A stretch of DNA of 64,000 nucleotides from the human T2T-CHM13v2.0 reference genome, Homo sapiens. The stretch lies in assembly GCF_009914755.1 (NCBI RefSeq), contig NC_060945.1; one strand, written 5' to 3'. Of this stretch, positions 43,236 through 54,760 are shown piece by piece. A program made the translations under genes and the position numbers. Under the pieces are notes generated by a model. It was given only the letters and a program-made list of their open reading frames with translations, was not told the DNA's origin and did no database searches. Position 1 is the stretch's first letter, and each line of letters begins with the position of its first letter.

Positions 43236-45269
43236 AGACTGCATGACACTGCCTTCCTCAACCCTTCAGACTCAGGTTCCAGGCCCAGTGAATGATGTTC
43301 AGTGATGACTATGAACTGTTTTCTACCACTAAAAAGAGACATAATCAAGAACATCTACTTTGTATTGCTTAGTAGAGAAAAGCAACCTCTTAAATCCAGT
43401 ACTCTTAGTGACTAAGCTAATATTCAGAGGAAATTTGGCAACCTCCTTCTAACATACTGAAGGCAAAGGGTAATAAAAACATAAAAGGAAAAGTATCCAA
43501 AAAGAAAGTAGATAACTAGGTGTTTGAGAAAAACAAAAATAAAGAAGTTTTTGTTGTTGTTGTTTGTTTTTTTTAGATCAAGAAAATATTGGGAAACTGC
43601 TACTGAAAGAGGATTGATGTTGGCATAAAGGGAGAGATCTTCTGTATCTCAAAGGAAATTTGCCTTTTAATCCAAAGTCAAGAAAGCCCATAAACTTACC
43701 CTAGAATCAAGAAGGAATCAACTAAATTATATCAGAATTCTTAGATCCGAAGAAGGTCATTTTCAGTAAGTGGATACTTGCAGGCTTAAATGAAATGTGA
43801 AAAATTTTGAAGGAAAATGTGATCAGGAAGTCAAAGTAAGCTTTTGACACTGCCTGCCACTCCCCACTCCCCACAGACACCCTCCCCTCGAAAAGAAAAG
43901 GAATAATTTTTTCCACTGCTTCATGAAGGGGACAAAGTCCTTTGCGACTTCTTTGCCTTAGAATACTATTAATCTTTTGTTGTTGTGTTCCTTTAGAATA
44001 CTATTAATCTTATAAAACTGTGCCTCTGACCACAGGGTGGATTCCAGCATTAAACTACCAATGCTTTACAGAGAATCGTGAGAAACACTCAGGGAAGAGG
44101 TAATTCTACTCAAGGGTCATCCTTTTTCCTTGCCAATTTTTTTTTTCTTTATCAGCATTTGAAAGAAAACCAGATATTTTCTTTCCTGAAAGTTGATGAC
44201 TTCAGGTGGGGAACAAGCATCTGTGGCAGATGGACTCTTGAAACGCAGTGAAATATCCTGTCTTCCTATAAATGTTTATGGGAGCAGGAGAACTGAAGAA
44301 GAAAAACACAGCAAAATGTTGCATGACTCACAGTCCGAACTGCTTCTAAATAAAGCATTTCTCAGAGTTTCCCATGAGGTGATTTGAGTGATCAGGCAGC
44401 AGGGTCCCTGTGAGTGGAGCAAGCACATTTTTAAAATACAAAAAGGTATATCCAACAGTCACTCAGGAGAATCGTTCTGTTGTTTTCGATGTTTAAGAAA
44501 ATGTATGTCTAAGATGAGAGTATCAGATCATGTATATCATGTCCTGTTCCATATGTGGCCAGAGCGTCCCAGCAGTTCTTGGCTCGGCCACTTTGCAGAT
44601 GATGATCAGCAGGACGTTTCATATTGACTCACAGACTTTCCTCTAATAGAGCATCTCCAAGTGATGATAATTAAGTTTAATTTTAGATCGTGTGTGCTGG
44701 ACCTGGGAATGTTTTTAAAGTGGTAGCAAGCTCCATTGACTTTGGCAGTTGAGTTTTGAAAGGAAGGTCTTATGTCTTAGACTACCTCCATACTGTTCAG
44801 TCCCTTTATACTCCAGAAAATTATGAATTTGGAATCAACTGGGGAGAAATCCTTCGTCAGACTACTGTGCAAACGGTAGACACTCCTGCCCTTGACTGTC
44901 AGCCTCGCAGATGGAAACGTGGCCACCCTTCTTCATATTCAAGGCTCTCTGACTAGAAAGTCAGAAAGTGGCTACAGCCCTTCCAGCCAAGCTAGAGGAG
45001 TGGAAAAGTAAAGTCTAGAGGGCTTGAGCTTGTCAGGAACCACGGTTAGAACAATTCCTAGATTCTCTATGCAGCTTACCAGTGACGGTCTTCTATGACC
45101 TCATAACAGATTGGCAAAATTACATTAGGTGACTCAACCATTTCTGGGTACTGGTATTGAGTAGCGGTATAAAGACGAAATGATTGTATCAGGGAATAAT
45201 TACTACCTAGAACGTGTTCAACTCTCTATATGTGCAGCAGACATGTGGTCAAATGAGCTGACTTGTTCT

Positions 45270-45460
45270 GGGTCATCAGATTTAAAAACTACAGGATACC
45301 CACTTAAATATAAATTTTAGATAAACATGAATACATTTTTAGCATACATGTACTCCATGTAATATTTTATCATTCATTGTTTACCTGAACATTAAACAAA
45401 ATTAGTTGCTTCTCCGAAATTTCAATTTAACTGGACATCTGTATTTTAAATGGCAAGCTT
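45270..45460. mobile_element. MER53-like palindromic MITE
   Basis: 'tacaggatacccacttaaat...tttagataaaca' with inverted counterparts 'tgtttacctgaa' and 'tttaactggacatctgtatttt'. Confidence 0.65.
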
Positions 45461-46449
45461 CTAAGATGCACGAGCTTTTCTGAGCTACTATTTTATCAAA
45501 ACACATTCTGAATGTTTTCCTGCAAGAACTGGGGAATCTAGAGAAAATGCATCAAAAATAATTTAACATTAGCAAGAAAACGGCCACTTTGGAAGGGCTT
45601 GTCTCAGTCACTGACACATACTGTAAACCTGTACCCCCGGAAAACCAGCAGGAGAGAAAAGTAAAAGCAACATGATGGTTGAGTGGATCCTATTGTGACC
45701 TAACACTTCCACCCAGACAGAATCCGAGTTCCCTGCCCGTAATTTTGAGCTTCAGGTTCCAGTTTCCTCTTTTTCTTTACTAGGTTTCGCTGCCTCCTGT
45801 AGGGGGAAATAAGGGAAAAGAGATAACGAAAGAAAGAAAGAAAAAAAAAAGGGCCGGCAATTTCATGTACATTTGTTTTGGCATTCGCTGAATTCTAGAG
45901 ATGAAAACAATCTCCTGCTTTTAATTCAGTCCACGTGCAACAAAGTTGTACGTTGGGAGATCTGGCTTTTAATAAGAACGATTAACAAGCGTTTTTGATC
46001 ACAGGAAGTTGAGAAGAGTCGCTGCTTCTAAGAATACAATAAACATTGACTAGCAGTTAGACGGTCCATCTTTCTCTATCAGCCGTTTAGCAGCCTCTAC
46101 TTTGATTTGGGGCAAATGCGAGATGGGACCAGGAGAGAGCTCCCCACACCCCCACCACCACGTGGGCAGTGGTTCTGTTCCAGAGCGCCTTCCTTCCTGT
46201 CCAGGGAGGCAGGCTGCTGAGGCCGTTTCTGGGCAAGAGGCCATTGTCGGGATATTTGCTTTAGATAGCTTGCAGCTGGGCTGAGTGGGTGTTTCATTCA
46301 GACTCAACACAGGCAGCTCCCACCGTCTCTACTGTTTCAGGCTAGTGGAAGCTAGGGGCCTTTTGATTTATAAAGAGCTCTCTGTGCCTCCAGTTACATT
46401 TTAGGAAGCAAAGCCGTGATAAATGAAGCTCTGGCTGCTGATCTCCTGG

Positions 46450-46450
<1 letters not shown>

Positions 46451-46501
<51 letters not shown>
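46451..46501. repeat. (CA)~25 microsatellite
   Basis: Seen directly. Confidence 0.95.
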
Positions 46502-46503
<2 letters not shown>

Positions 46504-47394
46504 CCTACACACCTTTTCCCCTGTAGCACAGAGGCTTTCACCACCAGGAGATTTAACCCTGGCCTAGGGTAGCCACGTGGGCATCCGTGTTCATCCGACA
46601 TCCTCTTACATCAGAGCTTGCCCTGAATAGGGCAAAATCAAAGTGTGGAGCTTGTTGGTTTTTTATGTGGTATAGATATTCTTATATTTATCACATTTCC
46701 AATTTGAGGTCATCGACCACCATGGAAGGAACTGTGCTGGCATTTCTGGGCAAAGCCTAAAGTTGATTCTTCTTTTCCTACAGACAATTGTTTTCATGTG
46801 TGCTGGGAATGAATGCATTCTGAGGATGAGGGGTGGGGAATTCTACACGCAGGGAACTCAGGAGTCTTATTTTCTTTATTTTCTTATCCTGAGCTACAAA
46901 TGACTGCTTAATTGGGAGAGACTACAATTACAAGAGTTCACTGAGGGAAGCATGAAAACAAAGTGAACCAGAAAAATAGAAACCCAGACTTCTCAGTTCC
47001 TGTTTATCCTATTTTTAATCTCCACATCTCAGTTGCTCTCTTTCTTGCTTCTTTTGCCTTGCTGGAATTCATACACACACCTGGCTTTCCATTTGCCTTG
47101 GGGACAGTGAGGAGGTGGAGCCCAAGAGTGGGAGGGCCCTGCTGCCTGCCGGTGGGGAGAGCTGGTGTCCGCTGGAAGAGGCAGACCTACAGAAAGCTCG
47201 GCCGTGTCTAACTCAAAGGTGTTGGCAGCACATGAATGATGACTTCTCCTCTCTTAACTGCCTGGGCTAGGAGACTTTCGCATGTCCGGACAAGTGGGAA
47301 GAAGGAAGGTCGGGGAGGAGGTGACCATGAGATTGTGGACGAATGTTCAGACTGACCAAGGCCTGAAGAGGTCTGAACGCCTGTGTTCTTCAGC

Positions 47395-47610
47395 CCTCCT
47401 CCCCCTCCTCTCTCTGTGTCTCTGACTCTCTTCTCTCCCCTCCCCTCCCTCTGTCTCCTTCCTTCCTTCCTTTCTTTCCTTCCTTCCTCCCTCCTCCTCC
47501 TTCCTTCCTTCCCTCTTTCCCTTTCTCCCTCCCTCCTTCCTTCCTTCCTTCCCCTCCCTTCCTCCTTCCCTCCCTTCCTTCCTTCTGTCCTTCTTTCCTT
47601 CCTTCCTTCC
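47395..47610. repeat. Polypyrimidine (CCTT/CCCT) low-complexity tract
   Basis: Seen directly; produces spurious R/E/G/K-rich ORFs. Confidence 0.95.
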
Positions 47611-50600
47611 ACACATGTTTAGGAAATGCCTGCCACCAGCAGTCTCCACATTAGGTTCCAACTATACCAAAGGAATCTGTGCCTTCCAAAACCTTCCCAG
47701 GGACAGAAACCACTCACAAGGGATGCCTCTGCCATTTCACCATGCGGGTGCCCACACCACCACAACACACTTCAATTTGTGAAAACACTTTTTCTTCCCT
47801 ATCAGAGTGAAATAGTGCATACCCTTGTGTGGCTCTGCAACTGAAAGAGACAAAAGGGAATCACACCGGGAAAATCACACATTCTGGAATAAAGAGGGAA
47901 ATGTAGAAACTGGGATCTTAAAGCCTCGGGGGAGAGGACCCTGGGGCCCGGGCTCTCTGGGCAGCACCCAGGCCTGGGGAGGAGCTGTTTCCAGTCGGTC
48001 TCCCTGCAGACCCTGAGTGCTGAGGGGAGGGTTGGCCTGTCTCCTTGGCCCCTGTGTGCCCAGCACCAGCATTTGTGCTGGGAACCTCCCAGGCACCACT
48101 CTGTGTTAAGGACGTGCCAGGAGAGACCTGGGAGGAGACGACCCCGGGGCTGGGTAGGTGTCCAGCTCCTTCCTGGTTATCTTCCACCCAGCACAGAGGA
48201 CATCCTGTAACTCAGTTGCTCCTCACAGGGTCACATTTAGCCTCCCACGGGCTCTGCCACTCACAGTGCTCCTGTCAGGAAGCGGGGTTTGTTCCCTGAG
48301 ATCGCCAGTCCGGGAGTCTCTCCAGGACCCCTGCGGGTGTCCGGGTGTGGCTTTGGCTGCCCTGTTCCCTGAGCCTGGTGTATCATCATGTGAGAACTGT
48401 TACTAGTTTCCATCTCAGGGAAAGGATAACCATGCCCCTAACACCCTGGCAGGACCAGATCTACCTTTCTGTCTAATATGACCCCTTCATCTGAGAGCTG
48501 GAACTTTCTGGAACCTTCTAGAGCCTTGTACAGGCTCTGGAGCCTACTGCGGACGCAGAACTAGTAATAGATTTGCTCAGTTCCTGCAGCTTTAGCTGTG
48601 GGGCACTCAGAAATTGCTGTGCTATGTGGGCTTAAATAATTTGAATAGACATGAATATATTTAATAAAAACAATCTGCTTTATCGAATTATTTCCATTTT
48701 TGTTCTCATTTATTTCCTTTAGCCCCAGATAATGTTAAAATAAACTACTGATGTATAATTAACTTTAGATGTTATAGTATCTTGAGCCAAGCTGATTTCG
48801 ACGACAGTGAAGAACATTTTGAAGTAGTTTTATGATTTTTCACAGCACAACAGATTTTTATAAGAAGAAAAAAAAGCTTTAAAAATGCTGGCAGTGTTGT
48901 TTAGCTCCTCCAACACAAGCACCCACCACAGTAAAGCCCACAAATTCACAGTGGGCTGAAAAGTGGTTTCTGGAACTCTTTTAAACCTTGGCTAACTTTC
49001 GGGGGCTCCCAAAGGACAAGATTACTTCATGTCAAAGCAAAAATTCTCCTGACTCTGTAAACAGCCCACGGTTCTGGGAAATATGAAAAACGTAGATCAA
49101 AAATGAAGTTGTGTTGTGTTTGGAGAGGCTTTCCGTGATCACGAACCCTCCGTCCCGTGGGATCCACACTACTCCCGGGTTTTTGAGGTCCTCCTCGTCC
49201 TCGGGGTCACTGTATCCCTCTTTACCTTCTTCCTCAGAACACCCATTGCCAAATAGAAAACACCAATGATGATACTACTACCAGCCCAGAAGGCTGATTA
49301 AATCTGCATACCCTTCTTTGGAGCTTAAACCGTGCTGTGCATTTTCACGGTAAATAGTTTTGTGTTTTGTGGCATATATACAAACTTGGCAAGTAAAGAC
49401 AAAAGTCACCAAAGACCTCATTTCCCACTAGTTTTGTAACAAAAAGCCAAATTGATATTCTCTTTTCTCCTTCCTACCGCACAAACGATACTCCCTTCAT
49501 CTTATAGCATAGGTAAGTGTCAACACCCCTCTCACCAAGAATATTTTGTGGCTCAGCAAAAATCAAGTGAACTTAAAATATATTCTGATCCCACCAGGTA
49601 AGAAGAAAATGTTTAACATAACACAGTATTCCACCAGAATAAGCTGAGCTGGGGTTTTTTTCCCCGTCGTAGAATTCATGTTGGGAAGGTGGGTGTGAGT
49701 GATGATTCACTCACAAAGTGAGGCATGTGATAAAGAAAAGATTGTATCCTAGAATTTTAAACCTTATCTAATAAATTATCCAGACAAAGGGGCTCAGGGC
49801 TTTTTGGCAGGATCCTGTACTTCCATTAGAAGCCCAAAAAGCTCAAAGAAAAGAAACTACAGTGTATTCCATTCGTTCCTTTGGCAACTCGGATCTTCCC
49901 TTGTTTTAAACCAAACAAACATTCGCAAGGAAAACCAGCTGCTTTTACAATGAATAAACCCATTACCTCAACTCCTTTACTCAATACCATTACAGAGGTA
50001 TTTTTACTTGTCAGATTTTCTGTTTCAGAGAAGCTTGGATATTTTCAGTATGCTGTCAATACAGACAAAACAGAGCTGGTTTTAGCAACAGCACCAGATG
50101 TGTCTGAGGACATGGGCCTTCCTGGACCTCCAATTCCAAGGTTGGGTGGTAAGTTACAGCTGCTGTCAAAAATAGTAACAACAGGATTTGGCATCTTGAC
50201 ACAATGCTGCCTGGTAATGGCTAAGCTCACGGCACAGTAGCCAGTGGAGAGGAGGCTGCATGCACATGGAAGGGAGAATTAGGAGACCCTGGAGCGTAGA
50301 CTCAACCTGTGCGTCCAGAGCCAGCCCTGTTGTAATCTCCACCACAGCAAAGAAAACCAGTGCATGTTGCTTCAAGTACCCACTCATGTTTGACCCATAG
50401 CAGTCGGTAACATTAATTGTGCTGAGGGAGGCAAATGAACACTAACCAATCTAAAACAAGAGCAAAAGGGATTTTACCAAAGTATCAGCATTGGAGAACC
50501 TTCCCCTTCCCAAATCCAGTTTACCCCTCTTTTCTGGATAATTGGGTATCATGGATGCTCAGTGTGTCAGAGGGCCAGCGTGCTCCTGGAATCAATTGGA

Positions 50601-51759
50601 GACTTCTGTGACCCACAGGTCAGACAAGTCAGGTCTATAGGGTCTAACAAGAGAGTTTACTCAGTAGAGTAAAGGGAGCAATCTCCACTCAAAAATGAAC
50701 AAGTGGGGTTTACAGAAGTTAGACTGTCACAGAACCAGAGTTAGAAGCAGTTGCAGAGCCAGGACATCTTAAATGATCAGCAGTAGAAGTGAAGGTTAAA
50801 GTTTTAAAAATTATCTATACACCTAGCCACGTATGATTGCTTTCTGCAGCCCTGATCCCATTCAATCTAGGCTCCGTGTGGTCTAGGCTATGAAATGAGT
50901 ACAGCATTGGACTGTTTCTCGGTTGATCTTAGCTCAAACTCTTGTTAACTGAATGACCCCCTGAGCAGGTTTTTAAAATGCCTTGACCTTCACATTTCTC
51001 TTTTATAGAGTAGGGACAATCTGTCCCTTAGAGTTTGTTAATGCATGTAGTACACTTAGTGATGTAATATACTTACCACAATGTCAAACATATAGTCGAC
51101 ACTCAATAGATAATAGGTATGGTTATTATAAAGCAGTCAAAATGAGCCTTGTATTCAATAGTTCCCTGTAAGAAAAGCATGAAGTCTAACATGGCTTATA
51201 GGTCTTACCTCTCACCAGCTTTATCTAGCAACATTTTCGCCTCTGAAATCAACACTCCAGAGATGTTGTAAATTGTTCAGTGCCTTGAAATTCAGCATTT
51301 CTTCTAACTCCCAGGCCTTGGAACCTGTGCTGCCTTGCCTTGGAGCATGCTATCAACACCTCCCACTCATCCTTCACCTATCAGCTTAAGTGCCTTCCTC
51401 CACTTCAATGCTAAGCTGTGTCTCCCTGCCCCATTCTCTCTAGAGTGCCTATGCTGTTATACTCACTTGCCCAGTAGTGGCCTTCTCCATGTGACTCCAT
51501 GAAACCAGGAGCCATGTTTTGTTCATGTTGCTATTCCTAAACCTTAGCAGAGTTCTTATCCCACAGTAGGTATTCCACTAATACTTATTCAGTGGATAAA
51601 TAAATTACAAAACTATTTAGGGAACTCAAAATTACTGATAATTCTCAATCTAGGTGGCTCAATTCAGAAGGGAATAGAATTCAATAAGATAGAAATAGAA
51701 AGTGAATATACGATTCAGAAATGAATAGGATATAATCTGGTCTGCTCTAAAAGAATGGC

Positions 51760-52350
51760 TTTTGCAGAAAAAAATGGCTAGCTGACCCCTAACAGCTGTT
51801 CCCTTCTCCTTTCATAGTAATAGAAGTCTTAATTTTTAGCTGTGTCCATAGTCACAAACAAACAAACAAACAAACAAACAAACAAAAAACTACACTTCCT
51901 AACATCGTTGCAGGTGTGACCAGATTTTGGAGAAGTTCTGACCAATGAAATGCAGGCTGAATGCTGCCTCTCTTCAATCCATTCTCTTCAAAATCCAGGC
52001 TATAAGTACCTAGTCAAAGCCATAAGCCCCCACCACTTACTAAATATGTGATGTGTAGTAGACTGGCACACTATGTTGAATGACAGCTAGAATGCACTCT
52101 TTTTATATCCTTTTCTTCTCTCTCTCTTTGATGCCTACAGTAAATATGTAAAGGCTGGAGCGTTGACTGCCAAACTGGATGTTGAGGAACGGGGTTATAT
52201 GTTAGTGCTGGCGAAGGGCAGAGCTGGATGAAGCCTGGATCCCTGAGTATTTTGGAAAATATAACCACCATACCAGCCCCTTGCTGCTTACCCTCTGACT
52301 TTTCATTTGCTTTACCAACTATTATTTTTATCCTCTGTTACTTGTAGTTC
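51760..52350 (+). mobile_element. Old MaLR LTR (MLT1J/K-like) with internal (CAAA)n
   Basis: 'aaactacacttcct...ctgaccaatgaaatg...agcctggatccctga...ccataccagcccc...tgttacttgtag'. Confidence 0.55.
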
Positions 52351-54339
52351 AGTTTCAAAGAAACCTCTTAATTACCAGGAATTGCATTGTGAAAACAATG
52401 ATGTATGTTTGAAAAAAGGACTTAAGAGAGTTTCAAAGTTATTTTTATTTCAAGATTTTCACAGTAGTATTTTAATAGCAATAATGTATTTTATTGATGT
52501 TAGCTAAAGATTTTTTAATCTCAAACATAAATGAGGAAATTATAAATATCATGAAAGACCAGACAAAAATCAATAGCGTTCTAGATTCTAATCACACAGA
52601 ATATTTTTCAACAGTCACTGGTGAGCAGAAGAAAATAATATCAACGGAGCAGCCAGTCTCTCCAGAAAGCAACTGTGTTTTCCAAGGCAGAGAACACAAC
52701 GACCTTTCTTCTTGTGTTTATGGTGGTATTTCTCAACCACAAGCCCATGATAACTGGGAACGATGTTCAAAATATTTATCAATCTGCACAATCTGGATGC
52801 CATCCAATCAGAACAGATGCTGGCTATAGAACAACTAGTATATCCATCCTGGCTCATGGCAACATGATTTCAGCCTAGGGATACCAATAGTAGCATGTGT
52901 ACGGAAATCACGTTTCTTAAATTATCAACCACATTTTGTCTAATTTATGGCATAACACCTGATAGAAATGCCTGTATCATATGCAAAATTAGAGGTTCAT
53001 AGAAGTAGTTCTTGTTTTTTGTGTGTGAGTTTCCTAATGAGTTGGTTTAGAAAAGAATGAGACCCAAAGGATCCTGCTGGAGAGATTTTTGGAAGGTGGA
53101 TGACTGGCTGTTTAGCATGTATTTTTCTTAACCATCGTTTGTGTTTGAGTGCTTGTATGCATACATGTGTGTATATACATGTACAAACAAAACATACAAA
53201 AGTAGTGTGACTGCAACTAGGAGTACATTGACACTGTGCCTGTGGCCAGCAATACTGTCTCCTTTCATTCCAGGAACAAGAAACTTCAGAGCCCCCAACA
53301 TACTAGACTTGCTTCTGGCATTCATGCCACAGGGCTCCTGGTGTCTCAAATACTATTTTTGATGTGCAGCTGTTGAGTTGAAACATCTGATAGTTTCTCT
53401 TCTCCAGACTGATTTGGTGCAAGATACCAGTAAATGATCATTTGTTTCAGTTCTTACAAGAGTCAAAAGACTAATATTAGATAATGGTTCCTCCCACACA
53501 TGGCCCTTTCCCTCTGACTTTTTGCCTGGAGGATCCCAGACCCTGAGAAACCACGCAAAGTCATTCTCAGACAGGCTTGGGCTTTAGCCACCAGATCTGT
53601 GGGGCTCCATCTGGCTTATAAAGTCTGTCCAAATGGGAGAATAGGAGCACCCGGTGTCACTCTCCCACACCCCTGTCAGTCCATGCTAAGTCCTTGCTAC
53701 AGTTGTACTCATTTCCTTTTGTTTTCTTCCCTGTGGATTTGGAGATTAATTGGCCATGATTCACTCAGACAGTCATTTGTGTACTTGAAGGCCATTAGTA
53801 AAATCCCCTCTCGGTTCAGAAGAAAAGAGGGTGATCAAAATATTTAACAACTGCTAAGACTGAAGAACTGTAAAGGCACCAGCATTATTGTCCAGTCAGA
53901 ATGGACTCTGGCCGTAGAGACTGAGCAGGTTCTTGGAGGCTCTTTGTTTAGAGACTTGGAGGATGAGGGAAGCAACCATTTGCCAGTTGGTCTGGGACAT
54001 ATTTCCTTCTCTTAATCATGGACAGATCTGTCCCAGTGTGTTTCTGTGGAGAATCCCCAGCCTCAGCCTTACTCCTTATAGTATATTATCAACCTTGCGA
54101 ATGTGATAATTCACGATTAGAACACTTTTCAAGACTAATAACCAGATTGCCAGTGTAGCCCTATTTGCCACAGCCAGATGACTTTCAGCCATATCTGGAG
54201 AATGATGTAAGACAATTTTTTTTTTAATCTCTCAAATTTTTAACATGTACTTATGAGACAGTATAGTAACACAATGACTATCCATGATTTAGGATAAACT
54301 GAACGTGATCGAAGTGAGTAGTGTGATATGGTTTGCTAA

Positions 54340-54760
54340 AAAGACCCCGATATAATCATAGCTTGTTCTAACAGAAGCGTGATGTCTTGTGCTACTCAAT
54401 GGTCAGTTGACATCTACCCTATGGGCTCTTGTTCTGGCCACCATACTTGTGGAGGAAGTGGTGCAGTAGAGCAGGTGAATGGTCCCAGTGATGCACCAGA
54501 GTGTGTGCCCATGGACAGGTGAATGGTCCCAGAAACATATCATATGAGAACAGGTTGAAGGTTTTTTCACTATGCATGTCATAAAAGGTGCCTGCATTTT
54601 GCATAGGGCCTTATTTGAAGAGGAAATAGGCTTATTCTGTGTTGTCCCAAAGGGACAAAATAGGACCAGTGAGTGGAAGGTAAAGAGAGGTAGAACTGGG
54701 GTCAACATAAGAAAGTGTCTATGGAAGGAGAATGAACTATTATAGTAATGTAAGTTCAAG
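54340..54760 (+). mobile_element. L3/CR1 LINE 3' fragment
   Basis: 'catatgagaacaggttgaagg', 'ttattctgtgttgtcccaaagggacaaaataggaccagtgagtggaag'. Confidence 0.65.

Noticed and set aside
47208-47661. R/E/G/K-rich and P/S/L/F-rich ORFs
   Set aside because: They are translations of the CCTT low-complexity tract.
48936-48958. Small hairpin agcccac...gtgggct
   Set aside because: A 7-bp stem is expected by chance and has no miRNA-like extended pairing.
47900-49300. CpG island
   Set aside because: CpGs are only modestly elevated and scattered, and by eye fall short of island density.
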